Assembly (NCBI GenBank): GCA_024277935.1
Contig: JAJRUF010000190.1
Span: 495 to 64,494 of the forward strand
Length of the DNA: 64,000 nucleotides
Direction of reading: 5' to 3'
DNA from: Gammaproteobacteria bacterium
GTDB taxonomy: Bacteria > Pseudomonadota > Gammaproteobacteria > Methylococcales > Methylomonadaceae
Part shown: piece after piece, positions 45,849-56,447 of the stretch
Layout: each line of letters begins with the position of its first letter
Position numbering within the stretch: position 1 is the stretch's first letter
The notes under the pieces: model-generated
The model's input: the letters and a program-made list of their open reading frames with translations, nothing else
The model's database searches: none
What the model was told of the DNA's origin: nothing
Made by a program: the position numbers and the translations under genes

Positions 45849-47438
45849 TTAACTCGGTACATATTTTCCCAACTCAGGAAAAACAACTGTTAAAAAATCG
45901 GCCATTTTCTTATCAGCTTCTGCTTCATTACTTCCTTCAGGTAAAGAGACAACCAAACGAACCAGTGCTCCATCGGTACGGTGCCGCGTCAATGCATCCC
46001 AAAATAAATACAGTTTTACCATATATTCATTGGTAATAATGCGACCTCTTTGTTGAAACCAATAATAAACCAACTGCCTATTATTACCTTTACTAATTAC
46101 AGTCCTGTTAACAACCAGTGGCACGCCCTTTGTTGTAACAAGGTTCTTTATTTTGCGTTGCTCAAATTCACCAATTCTCCAGCCATCACCAGGCATACAA
46201 GACTTTGGCGAGTGAGCAGAGGCTCCCTTACGTTGAGAAGCATAGTATGCGACATAAAAATTTACCGGTAAGCTATCGCCAGGCCTTACATAATTACTAA
46301 TAATATAATCATTAAATTTTAATGCTTTTATAAATTTCTGCTCCATGCCCACTTCAGCACCTTTCCAGACACCTAATTGCAAAGGAAATGAGGTGAATTG
46401 TTGCCTGGCAGGTTCAAAATCTTCCCTTCCCCCCAATAAAATGGAAAGCGGTAGCATTATTAGTAACAAAGCACAGGCTGCTATATATGGCTTTGATAAG
46501 CCAAAAAAACCATTTGTATTTTTACCCGTAATAATCTTTTCTATTCTAGTTTCATTATGGAAATTTGCATCAACAACAAACACCTGAGAAAAGCTCTTTC
46601 CTGGCATAAAAAACCTAACGAACACCCACATTTCCACAAACAGCACGCCCAAACAACCTATAAAAATAATCCAGCCTTCAAAATCATGTAAAAAGCCTTC
46701 TGCTTGTCCAATCCCCCAATATTCAACCAATATACCAATAACACCAATACGAAAACTGTTCATCAAGACCGTAATAGGTAAGGTCGTTAAAAATATAGTG
46801 GCTCGCATCCAAAAAGGTGCTTTAAAAAAATAAGCACACAAAAAGCCAAAGCTACTTAAGGGAAATAAATAGCGTAAACCGCTACAAGCCTCAACAACTT
46901 GTAATTTATAGACCCCTAAATCAATGACATTGCCTTGCAAAAAAACGCTAATATCAAGCGCTCGTATTACCCAAACACCTAATTGCGATGAAATTAATTG
47001 CAACTGAGAAGAAAGGTTATTGTACAGAAAATTGGGCAATGGAATCATAAAAAACAAATAGGCTAAAGGAAACCACAAAACCCTTGACCCTTTTATACCG
47101 ACTGCTGCTAAAGCCAAGCCATATAAAATCAGTAAAAAGGCATATTGAGTAATGATATATAGTGACGCTAATTCCCCCATTAGCCCAACCATTAAACCTA
47201 TTACAATAACAGCAACTCCTAGCCAGCTTCCCTGTCCTAAATACTGACTGGCTACCGCCCTGTTACTCCAAAAAAACCAAAAGGAAATAACAGGGATTAA
47301 ATACCCATGACTATACTCCTCTCTTTCCCAGCTTTTCAGCATATAACTAAGCGCATCATTAAACATAAAGCCTAGCACTAATGCTACTAAACAAAAAGAT
47401 GCGTACAGTACGGTATTTTTTTTAATGGGTAAATTCAT
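45849..47438 (-). CDS. xrtD: Exosortase D (VPLPA-CTERM type) fused to an EpsI domain
   Basis: YSHGYL; catalytic Cys in VEACSGLR, Arg in NSFR, His in LHDFEG; EpsI motif HSPKSCMPGDGW; VPxP-CTERM substrates nearby. Confidence 0.88.
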   Translation of the reverse strand: MNLPIKKNTVLYASFCLVALVLGFMFNDALSYMLKSWEREEYSHGYLIPVISFWFFWSNRAVASQYLGQGSWLGVAVIVIGLMVGLMGELASLYIITQYAFLLILYGLALAAVGIKGSRVLWFPLAYLFFMIPLPNFLYNNLSSQLQLISSQLGVWVIRALDISVFLQGNVIDLGVYKLQVVEACSGLRYLFPLSSFGFLCAYFFKAPFWMRATIFLTTLPITVLMNSFRIGVIGILVEYWGIGQAEGFLHDFEGWIIFIGCLGVLFVEMWVFVRFFMPGKSFSQVFVVDANFHNETRIEKIITGKNTNGFFGLSKPYIAACALLLIMLPLSILLGGREDFEPARQQFTSFPLQLGVWKGAEVGMEQKFIKALKFNDYIISNYVRPGDSLPVNFYVAYYASQRKGASAHSPKSCMPGDGWRIGEFEQRKIKNLVTTKGVPLVVNRTVISKGNNRQLVYYWFQQRGRIITNEYMVKLYLFWDALTRHRTDGALVRLVVSLPEGSNEAEADKKMADFLTVVFPELGKYVPS

Positions 47439-47743
47439 ATTTTAAGGCACTAATAAAATTTATCTATTCCAAAGTAATATATTATTGAATTATATGCCTA
47501 TTAATAAATTATAGGTCAATATAAATAAAAGCGGAGATTTTAATCAAGGACAATTCCTCACTATAACACTGAAATAAGTCAGTTAAATGACTTGGGGGCT
47601 GTCCGAGAATAGAGAACCTGTTAATTTTAAACCACAGAGTTTACGGGTGTTACAATTTTTCTCGTCAAACCCTTGTTCTCACTAACTTTATGGTTATTTT
47701 AAAATTTGTTTTTCTTAAACTCATTTTACTCAGCCCTCTGTCT

Positions 47744-50376
47744 TTAGAAAGCATAACCCCAGCGAACTAATAAAGTTCCATCACGTTTTAACTGATAACC
47801 ATTAAGGTCATGAATAACTGGCTGCAACCATTCAACACTTAAGCTATGGCCAGCCAGTTCACCGCTCGGAACGGTAAGAGTAGCACCTAAACCAATATCC
47901 CAAAATTTTCCACCATAATTTTTAGGATTTATATTTGTCGTTAACTGGGGAGTATCACCCTGCTTATTTGGATCAACAATATGTAGCATTCTTTTAGCCT
48001 GCCCCTGAATACTGCCTTTATTTCGGTATTGATTTCGCACGGTGAACGACAACCAATCTAAAGGACGATAACCAAGCCATACAGACCCTTTAAACTCATC
48101 ACCTAAAGCATACCCCAATTTGTTATGATTCTGCATCCTTTTAGTACCACTTAACTGCCCTCCCCAAAACCACTGATCAACATGACCAGTATAGGTCAAA
48201 CTAGGCTTTAAATCCCAGGTTCCACTCCCCAACTGCATACCATAGCTTTGAACCAAACTAGTATCATTTAAAAAACCATCAAATGTCACGTCAATTCTTG
48301 CCGTTGGGGCACTAACTCCGATCCCTAAATGTACATGATGCTGACCATTATCATATAGTTTAATCAAGCCTGACAAAATAGTATCGCCTAAACCGATATT
48401 TTCATGAAAACCAGGAGGTGTTGAAAAGGGAACCGAAGCCATATCCATTTTCATATAGGCAAATTGAGGCATTAGCATTAAATTTAACCAGCCTGTTGGT
48501 GCATACATAAAATTAAGCATATGCATATCCATCCGCATTTCCGTCGCTTTAAATTCACAAATACCACCAGCACCACGACAAGCTTGATTGACCAACTCCT
48601 GATCACCAATGCCAGTACGTCTACCCTGTTGAAAGCCCTCCGCCCAGTTAGAGTTTGCATAATTATAAGAGATCATAAATTGACCGGCTTCACTAAGCAT
48701 ATGTCCATTCATAAGACCAGCAGGTGCATGTCCTCCATGGTGATGATGTTTATGTGACTTATGCTGATCAGCTAGCCCTCGACCCAGACTGGATAAATTA
48801 ATATTTAAGCCTGCAGATAATAGATACGAATCAATATCGGCAAAACCAGAATCCCCTTTTCCACCCAGTTGCAATGAACTCCGCTGAGTCATATATTCAA
48901 AGCCACCCGACAGCGTTACACCTTTGGCAAACTGTTTACTCAGCGTCAAACCACCACTCACTTTACCAAAACCTGATAATCTATAATCACTGGAATAATA
49001 GCCATCTGCACGCGGTGCCAGAAAATATGGCGCATAAAACTCTGCTGCCGTTTGTGAATAATAACGCAGATGAGGTTTAAGCATAAAACCAAAAGGTAAT
49101 TTTTGATACCAAGACAGAGCCAGTGTATGTGAACGAAGTTGCCAATCATCCCATTGATAGCGATAATTTAAATGCAAAGCCCCGTCTAATGCAGAAACAT
49201 ACTGATTAACCCCTGCCGATATTGACCATTGATCGCGTTTATCAGGCCTGACTTCCCGATATAAATCAATACCCATCGGTACCAGATCAACCCCTGTATA
49301 ATATTTCCAGCCTTTATTCGAGTTATCCAACGGCGTTTTCAAGCCCACTAATAGATAATCTACTGCTGTTAACACCCCTTTAACATACACCAGTTTATAC
49401 GGATTAGAGAGAAAACCTCGCTTTCGGGTATATTCGCCATTAAAATAAGCCAACGTGTTTTTGCTAAACACCTGACTAAAAGCAATACTATAAGTACGGT
49501 AAGTATTATCAGCATTAAAATCATCCGAAGTACCACCATGGTCATGCGCCCCTCCTGTTGGGGGAGCCGCCCTAAAAATATGGTTATTAGAAAATTTATA
49601 TCCAAAAGTTAAAGTCGACAACTTATTATTAAATTCAAAGCTGTTGTAAATTGAGCCAAAAGTTGAAGAATAATCAGGTTCAATTGAATAACCTCCTGAT
49701 GCTGACAATGTATAGGACCCCAAAAATAACTTGCCTCCTAATACTGGCATATTTCGTGTTTCTAGTGGGTGGGGTTCAATAATCTGTGTAGTGGTATGAT
49801 CAGTACCTGACTGCTGTTTACTAAGGTAGCGCCTAAATATCTCTGTTTGAAACCTCAAAAAAAATCATTTGGGTTAATTGGAGGACTTGAGTGGTCTGAA
49901 TTTATTTGCTGTATCAAGTTAGAAGGTAATAAAGGTAAAGAGCCAATATTTATTCCTGCCTGAAGAGATTGGTCTTGAAAGGCAACATTAACAAGACCAA
50001 AAATTTTTCCAAAAGCTGGGCCTCCGGCATTCTCAAAACCCGATGCTTTAGTCACAATATCTATACTATTAGCGGGAACAACATAACTCGGCGAAGCCCC
50101 CGTATAAGTATCCTGGTCATGGGAAAATGACAACTGTAACCAGTCTGTTACAGGCGCAACAAAGCCGCCATGATAAACCTGAACCTTCATCCGCTTACCT
50201 TCTTCGCTATAATAGCCAAATTGAGTATTTAGCTGAGGTTCGGCCACGGGAATGTCCGCTTGCACATCCAAACTCGACAAACTTAAAGCCGCACTTGTCA
50301 GTGCCAATAGAGTGTTTTTTCCAGATTGTTTAAATCCTCTTTTTTTTCTTTTAGTTACATCCACACCCACCCCCAC
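47744..50376 (-). CDS. DUF3570 outer-membrane protein fused to a His/Met-rich second beta-barrel domain; split by an apparent 1-bp deletion in the A8 run at 49857-49864
   Basis: Signal-like N-terminus; DTYTGAS; GFLSNPYK..EVRPDKR, YRYQWDDW, RYYSQTAA and SSDYRLS; HKSHKHHHHGGHAPAGLMNGH; MRMDMHM; C-terminal WGYAF. Confidence 0.8.
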
Positions 50377-50557
50377 TTCCCATCATTCCACCGGATGAAG
50401 CTTCCTTACTGTCAAATACATGTTCCATCAAAGCAGCTTGTTGAGGGTTGGGGGTAATCGACATTTCCTGTTTTGCTAAATGACCTCGCTCCCATGGCGA
50501 TACCGTACAGGCAGACAGTACAACTAACAAAAAAACACTGAAATAGAGAATTTTCAT
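50351..50557 (-). CDS. DUF4266 small lipoprotein
   Basis: Lipobox LSAC, VSPWERG and C-terminal GGGCGCN. Confidence 0.9.
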   Translation of the reverse strand: MKILYFSVFLLVVLSACTVSPWERGHLAKQEMSITPNPQQAALMEHVFDSKEASSGGMMGSGGGCGCN

Positions 50558-51050
50558 TATTGTTCGCTTAATAAAGTTTCTAACATCTGTTTTATATCTG
50601 CTTATCCTTATCCCGAAATCCTAAATGAATATTCCGTATTTTCCCCTGCTTATCAATAAAATATGAAGATGGCATTGCTTTAACTTGATATTTTTCCGGA
50701 CAGTCACCCACAGGATCCAACTCCACCTTATAATTAACCGGAATTTGTTGTAAAAAACGATAGACATCTTGCGTATCTTCATCAACATTAACCGCAATAA
50801 TCTCCAAACCTTGCACTCCCATTTCAGTTTGCAAAGCATTAAAAAAAGGGATAGATTTTTTGCAGGGTGGACACCATGTTGCCCAAAAATCAAGTAACAC
50901 TACTTTTCCACGGTAAATACTTAAATCCAATACTTGTTGTTCAGCAGACATTAATCGAGCATTACAAGCAGGTGCTAAATCACCAAGCTGAACCGCCTCT
51001 GCCTGACTTAACTGAAAAAACATTAGTACAATCCAATAACAAAATTTCAT
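50557..51050 (-). CDS. TlpA-family thiol:disulfide oxidoreductase; probable 1-bp deletion near 50602
   Basis: DFWATWCPPC and MPSSY motifs. One added base gives ...KADIKQMLETLLSEQ*, whose TAA overlaps the DUF4266 ATG. Confidence 0.9.
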
Positions 51051-51087
51051 CTGATATAAATATTAATCAAGCAGTAAGCTGATAGAT

Positions 51088-51113
51088 AAAAAAAGGCCTA
51101 CATTGCGTAGGCC
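51088..51113 (-). terminator. Intrinsic terminator between the VPLPA-CTERM gene and tlpA
   Basis: GGCCTAC-GCAAT-GTAGGCC followed by T7 on the minus strand. Confidence 0.8.
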
Positions 51114-51135
51114 ACTTCCAAAAATTAATTAAGGA

Positions 51136-51972
51136 TTAAGCTAGTTCTGTTATTTTACGTTTTCTGCCAACACCTACTAAACCAATCATTGCTGAAGCAA
51201 ATAAATACGCTGCAGCAGGTACAGGTACGGCTGATACTGGTGCTGATATTTCTACATTATCAACCTGTAAACTTAAGGTATGGTTTGGATTTATTCCCCT
51301 AAAACTGTTTCCATTTGAATCATTATAAAAATATTCCAATAAGTACAAATCGCCAAATGCAGCAACGTCATCCAAATGAACATGTGTTCCTCTAAACACC
51401 TGCCCTGTAAGAGCATCAGTTCCTGTTTGAGTCGCTACTGCAGTTGAGCCATCCATAACGACGGGGTTTCCATTAACATCAGTAGATAGTGTTACATCAT
51501 ACGAATTAGCTAAGTCAGCACTGGTATAACCACGAATAGTCATACTATTAAATACTGAGTCTAATGTTAAAGTCTGTATATCAAGTCCATTAACACTGAA
51601 ATCATGCCCATCGGATAACCGGTAAAAGGCTCCACCTGAATCACCTGCTAATTCTGCAGTATAATTACCATCACCATTAGGATCCTGCCTATGAACATGG
51701 CTAAACCCACCAGAAAAATTTCCTACATTATGACTAAAACCCGGGGCAGTACCAAAACCAATAGCACCAAACCAGACGCCCTTTTCTGAATAATATTGCC
51801 CTCCTGCTGGAAAAACAGATGTCGCTAATCCTGCCGAGCTTGCCGAACTACCCAGAGAGACAGTAGATCCGCTTGAAAAATCAAGCACTGAACCACCCGG
51901 CAAAAGATGAGCTGATGCTTGACTTGATACTGCTAGCATTCCTGCTGCGATTAAAATCATTTTTGTTTTCAT
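51136..51972 (-). CDS. Secreted VPLPA/PEP-CTERM surface protein with N-terminal His and two HxH motifs
   Basis: Signal MKTKMIL..ASA; tail VPVPAAAYLFASAMIGLVGVGRKRK; AGAGG RBS before the ATG at 51972. Confidence 0.88.
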   Translation of the reverse strand: MKTKMILIAAGMLAVSSQASAHLLPGGSVLDFSSGSTVSLGSSASSAGLATSVFPAGGQYYSEKGVWFGAIGFGTAPGFSHNVGNFSGGFSHVHRQDPNGDGNYTAELAGDSGGAFYRLSDGHDFSVNGLDIQTLTLDSVFNSMTIRGYTSADLANSYDVTLSTDVNGNPVVMDGSTAVATQTGTDALTGQVFRGTHVHLDDVAAFGDLYLLEYFYNDSNGNSFRGINPNHTLSLQVDNVEISAPVSAVPVPAAAYLFASAMIGLVGVGRKRKITELA

Positions 51973-52030
51973 AAAAAAACCTCTATAGTGATAAAAAATT
52001 ACTAAATTGCATGCCCCCCGCATCACTTAA

Positions 52031-52046
52031 AGCATATTACATGCCA
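52031..52046 (-). promoter_or_regulatory. Sigma-54 (-24/-12) promoter
   Basis: TGGCATGTAATATGCT on the minus strand, with exact GG-N10-GC spacing. Confidence 0.75.
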
Positions 52047-52507
52047 GAAAATAGTAACTTATCTCTATATCTTGTACGGTGGTTACCCCATACATCTCAA
52101 TACTTAATTGATGCGACAAAAGTAGAGACCTCGACAAGTAAGTAATAAAAATAATATTTTGAATTAAAAAACATTTTTGTTAATTTACATTTTCGCAGGC
52201 AAGATTAAATCTATAAGAAATTAATTAAACTATGTTATTTAACCTAGTCAATAAGGTTATTTCCCCTACTTTCTTACTTTTATGATTACCATCACCCACA
52301 GTGTATAAATTGTAGCGTGGGTTTTAGTCCGCAATAACGGGTACAAGCTGCGCCTGGCGAGTATTACGTCATCCAGGTATATTTCACGAGCTGAAGTTTA
52401 TGGGTGACTTTATTTCTTCAGACTCCCTATAAAGGCTATCTTTAAAACATTATCCTAAATTAACTAATTCGCTAAATATCAGTTTATTTAGTCCACATTA
52501 CAAACTA

Positions 52508-52523
52508 TGGCACTTAAATTGCT
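52508..52523 (+). promoter_or_regulatory. Sigma-54 (-24/-12) promoter
   Basis: TGGCACTTAAATTGCT, a near-perfect consensus upstream of peroxidase 1. Confidence 0.82.
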
Positions 52524-52712
52524 TATCCGCATAATAAGTTTACTTTTCTGGAAAGTGAATACGCAAATAAAAGCTGGCATTTTCATTACAAAGGAAGGAG
52601 GTCCTTCTTGACCCTCGCTCAAGGAGATACAAAATCAAAAGCTTACAACTTTCTTATTTAAGAGTTTTTGTAAGCTTTACAATTTAAATAGATTATAGTT
52701 TTGAGGTATAAC

Positions 52713-54935
52713 ATGCGGTTTAACAAAAAAATCATTATTGCCTGTTTGCTACTGCCTACACAGTACGCATTTGCTCACGGCCCAATCCCTGTTTCTCTAA
52801 AAGCAGCTCCTATTCCTCCCGTCCCAGGGTTATTAACCGGTCCATCACCTATCGTTGTTAATCAAGCAAAGGCTATTGCATTGGGTAAGGCATTATTCTG
52901 GGATATGGCGGCAGGTAGTGATGGCATAGCTTGTGCCTCTTGTCATTTTCATGCAGGTGCTGACCAGCGCACAAAAAACCAGCTTGATCCAGGACAAAGA
53001 ACTAACTCACCGACTGCCTCTACATTTGAAACACTTATTTCAGGCGCGGCAGGTGGGCCAAATTATACTTTACACCTATCTGATTTCCCTTTTCACCAGC
53101 GTAGCGATGTATTCGATTCAAACAGTACGGTTACTTTTAATACTGATGATACGGTTTCTTCAGCAGGGCCCTTTGGTCAAATTTTTCAGGCTGTTAAACA
53201 TTTTGGCAACACTAATGATAATTGCACACCGAATGTAGACCCTGTATTTCAGGTAAATAATATTGGCACCCGCCGTATTGTCCCTCGCAACACACCGTCT
53301 GTTATTAACGCTGTCTTTAATCATAGGAATTTTTGGGACGGCAGGGCAAACAATGTATTTAATGGTAGTAGCCCTTGGGGTGACCGAGATCCAAATGCTG
53401 GGATCTGGGTTAAAATTAATGGCCGCAAAGTAGTCAAACAAAAATTACAATTAATTAACTCAGCATTAGCATCACAAGCACTTGCCCCAGCATTAAGCGA
53501 TGTTGAAATGAGCTGTCAACACCGGACATTTGCTGATATAGGCCGCAAATTATTAATGCGTAGACCCTTGGAACACCAAAAAGTCCATTTTCAGGATAGT
53601 GTTTTAGCAGCCTACAGCTCTAGCACTCAGGGAAACTTGCAACAAGGCTTAAATACCACTTATGGGGCATTAATTCGTGCTGCATTTAATAGAAAATATT
53701 GGTCGTATCGCCGCCGTGACCCTTTTGGCAGCCCCACAAGTGGACTACCCTTCACCCAGATGGAGGCTAATTTTTCATTATTTTTTGGCTTGGCGATTCA
53801 ACTCTATGAATCAACCTTAATTTCTGATGATGCACCTATCGACCGAGCCAGTCGAGATCCTGTCACCTATTTACCGACCGACCTTGGTGATTCTGTAAAA
53901 AGAGGCATGGCTGCTTTTGAAGAATTCCATTGCAATATATGTCATTCAGGCCCTACTTTGTCTGCAAATGCGATTATTACAAACGCACAAATGTTAGAAA
54001 ATAACCCTACAGTTTTTAATTCTAACAATTTTTCTCAAGGAGGATCAAATGGTGTCGCAATCAATCGCAATGTCGTGAACTATGATAATGCGGTGGGTTC
54101 TAAGTTTTTTGATACGGGCTTTGCAAACACTGGCGTACAAGATCCTTCTGGCGACCCTGGAGTCAATGGAACTGATGATTTTGGTAACTCATTATCATAC
54201 GCTGATCAATATGCAGAGTATTTAGCAGTAACAGCCAATGCAATTATTGATACGGCCGTTGGAATTGAAGCAGTTAAGGCTTGTAACTTCCAGTCTTTGC
54301 TAGCAACCCAAAGAACATTTCCATTTGTAATGACGCAGTTTTTCAATAACCCTGCTGATATTACTCCAGACCCTAACGGTTCTGCTAACTGTTTTAACAG
54401 TGGATCTCTTGATGCTTTTATTCCTACTCAGGCTGCGGCTGCGGCAGAATTAGCCAACCCTGCCAGCAAAAAAATGGCCTTTGCAACGCAAGCCGCCTTT
54501 AAAGTTCCTAGCTTGAGAAATGTTGAACTCACAGGACCTTATATGCACAATGGCGGCATGGCAACACTAGAACAGGTTATTGAGTTTTATACACGAGGTG
54601 GAAATTTTCCAAATAATTTCACCCATCAATTTGTGACCTCTCTACCTTTATTTGGTACAGACCCCGTTATTAATGCTGCAACTATACAAAAGAGAAAAGA
54701 TATTATTGCATTTCTTAAATCATTAACCGATGGACGCGTGCGTTATGAACGTGCCCCCTTTGACCACCCAGAACTCATAGTTCCAAATGGTCATATAGGT
54801 GATGAGACGAATGTTACTGCTGGAAATTCCTTAGGCGGTGCATTTGCACAAGATATATTAATGACAATACCTGCTGTAGGGGCAAATGGAAAGGCAACAC
54901 CTCTCCAGGCATTCAAAGATGTTTTAGCACCTTAA
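52713..54935 (+). CDS. Secreted di-heme cytochrome c peroxidase, MauG/CorB (SACCP)-like, paralog 1
   Basis: Signal peptide; CASCH and CNICH; NFWDGRA; FKVPSLRNVELTGPYMHNGG; EFYTRGG; APFDHP. Confidence 0.88.
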   Translation: MRFNKKIIIACLLLPTQYAFAHGPIPVSLKAAPIPPVPGLLTGPSPIVVNQAKAIALGKALFWDMAAGSDGIACASCHFHAGADQRTKNQLDPGQRTNSPTASTFETLISGAAGGPNYTLHLSDFPFHQRSDVFDSNSTVTFNTDDTVSSAGPFGQIFQAVKHFGNTNDNCTPNVDPVFQVNNIGTRRIVPRNTPSVINAVFNHRNFWDGRANNVFNGSSPWGDRDPNAGIWVKINGRKVVKQKLQLINSALASQALAPALSDVEMSCQHRTFADIGRKLLMRRPLEHQKVHFQDSVLAAYSSSTQGNLQQGLNTTYGALIRAAFNRKYWSYRRRDPFGSPTSGLPFTQMEANFSLFFGLAIQLYESTLISDDAPIDRASRDPVTYLPTDLGDSVKRGMAAFEEFHCNICHSGPTLSANAIITNAQMLENNPTVFNSNNFSQGGSNGVAINRNVVNYDNAVGSKFFDTGFANTGVQDPSGDPGVNGTDDFGNSLSYADQYAEYLAVTANAIIDTAVGIEAVKACNFQSLLATQRTFPFVMTQFFNNPADITPDPNGSANCFNSGSLDAFIPTQAAAAAELANPASKKMAFATQAAFKVPSLRNVELTGPYMHNGGMATLEQVIEFYTRGGNFPNNFTHQFVTSLPLFGTDPVINAATIQKRKDIIAFLKSLTDGRVRYERAPFDHPELIVPNGHIGDETNVTAGNSLGGAFAQDILMTIPAVGANGKATPLQAFKDVLAP

Positions 54936-54980
54936 AGTATTGCAACACTACAACTAAGCACTTTTTTAAAATTATTAGCT

Positions 54981-55065
54981 CTCGTTCCCACGCTCCAGCG
55001 TGGGAATGCATACCGTGCCTAACAAAAGTAACGTATGCATTCCCACCGAGGATGGCGGGAATGAG
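54981..55065. repeat. REP-like palindromic doublet
   Basis: CTCGTTCCCACGCTCCAGCGTGGGAATGCATAC...GTATGCATTCCCACCGAGGATGGCGGGAATGAG; a disrupted copy lies at 55891-56072. Confidence 0.75.
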
Positions 55066-55085
55066 CAACATTTAGGAATTTTACC

Positions 55086-55871
55086 ATGAATTTTTTTTCC
55101 ACCCATAAAAAAACCTTACCCCCCCTAGCCGTAGTAGGTTTACTTGCTTTAGGCTTACAACCCGTTAGTGCAAACAGTGTGTTTTCTACTGACTCCACTG
55201 TTACATTAACTTTTAACAGTATCACTAGTAGCTCAAGTAATACTTCGGGATTAAGTATAAGTGGCTTATTTGAAATTGGCGTTCCTACTAACGATCCTTT
55301 TGCACAACCACCAGCAACCCTCGGGTTTGGCAATACTTTTACAGGTGACGGCCAATCCAGTTACTCATATACAGGCGCAGCCCTACCACTTACAGTTAAT
55401 GCTGGCGACAGTTTTATTCAGTCTTTTAGTGCGTCAGGCGGTTCTGGAAACGGTACTATTAATTCTTATTACCAATCTTATGGAACATTTGATTTTGCAA
55501 ATAACTCCGCATCCGATACCTATACTATAAACTTCAGCCTTGATTATTCTTTAGATGCATTTGCAACGGGCAGTGCTTCTCAATCTCAAGCGTCAATTGA
55601 TTATTCTGATGACTTGGGCTTTATATTTGGCAGTGACCAAGCTACTGCCAATGCCCAAAATAACACTCATAGCACTAAAAACCCTGGGGCTTTAACTTTT
55701 AATATGGTATTAAACCCAGGAGACTCTAACATCTTTTATGCTGATATTGCCTTAACAGGGTCTGCCGCCAGTACATCACCAGTACCTTTACCTGCTACAT
55801 TGTGGTTATTTTTATCTGCTGTTATTGGCTTGCGAGGGTACAAAAGCAGAGCAATACAAGCTCATAGTTAA
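55086..55871 (+). CDS. Ser/Thr/Gly-rich VPLPA-CTERM surface protein
   Basis: Signal peptide; tail PVPLPATLWLFLSAVIGLRGYKSR. Confidence 0.85.
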   Translation: MNFFSTHKKTLPPLAVVGLLALGLQPVSANSVFSTDSTVTLTFNSITSSSSNTSGLSISGLFEIGVPTNDPFAQPPATLGFGNTFTGDGQSSYSYTGAALPLTVNAGDSFIQSFSASGGSGNGTINSYYQSYGTFDFANNSASDTYTINFSLDYSLDAFATGSASQSQASIDYSDDLGFIFGSDQATANAQNNTHSTKNPGALTFNMVLNPGDSNIFYADIALTGSAASTSPVPLPATLWLFLSAVIGLRGYKSRAIQAHS

Positions 55872-55909
55872 AACAGCCAAGTTATTTTCTCTCATTTCCA
55901 CACTCCTGC

Positions 55910-56034
55910 GTCACTGCCATTAACTTAAGCGTTTCGCGTATAGGATGTGCTGACGACAGGCAGCGCATCAATGATACAAAGATGCGCTTCGTACCGCTGT
56001 ACACCCGGTTTTTCCTGAAGTCAATGGCAGTGAC
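55910..56034. mobile_element. IS4-like MITE inserted in a REP element
   Basis: Terminal repeats GTCACTGCCATTAACTTAAG / CTGAAGTCAATGGCAGTGAC (18/20 match), flanked by a CACTCCTGC/CACCCCTGC duplication. Confidence 0.7.
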
Positions 56035-56072
56035 ACCCCTGCATGGGAGTGCATACCGTGCCTGACAAAAGT

Positions 56073-56447
56073 GATGCTAGTGTTCCTGATACAACTGGTG
56101 TGTACATTGGTTGCGGAAGTACTAATGCTTGCCTAACGAATACCGCTTTATTTGATAATTTTCTAGCTGATAATTATTGGACAGGCTCAGAAATAGACAC
56201 TACTTTTGCTTGGAGTTTTAATGCTCAACATGGGATTCAAACACCCTTCGATGGAAAGGCTAACTTATTTTATGCTTGGGCAGTTCGCTCCGGAGATGTA
56301 GCAACTGTCCCTCTACCTGGCACATTCTGGCTGTACTTGTTTTGCTTAATGAGTTTAACTGCTTTTCTTATTCATACTCGCTATACAGGAGTGCCATCAA
56401 AAGATACCGTAGCGCGGCTAGAAATCTGCTTACCACGTAGCGCGTAG
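56073..56447 (+). pseudogene. 3' remnant of a DUF1566 (Lcl-C) VPLPA-CTERM protein
   Basis: YWTGSE..AWSFN..G.Q..K.NLFYAWAVRSG followed by VPLPGTFWLY; no signal peptide; the ORF-track start lies inside repeat DNA. Confidence 0.75.
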
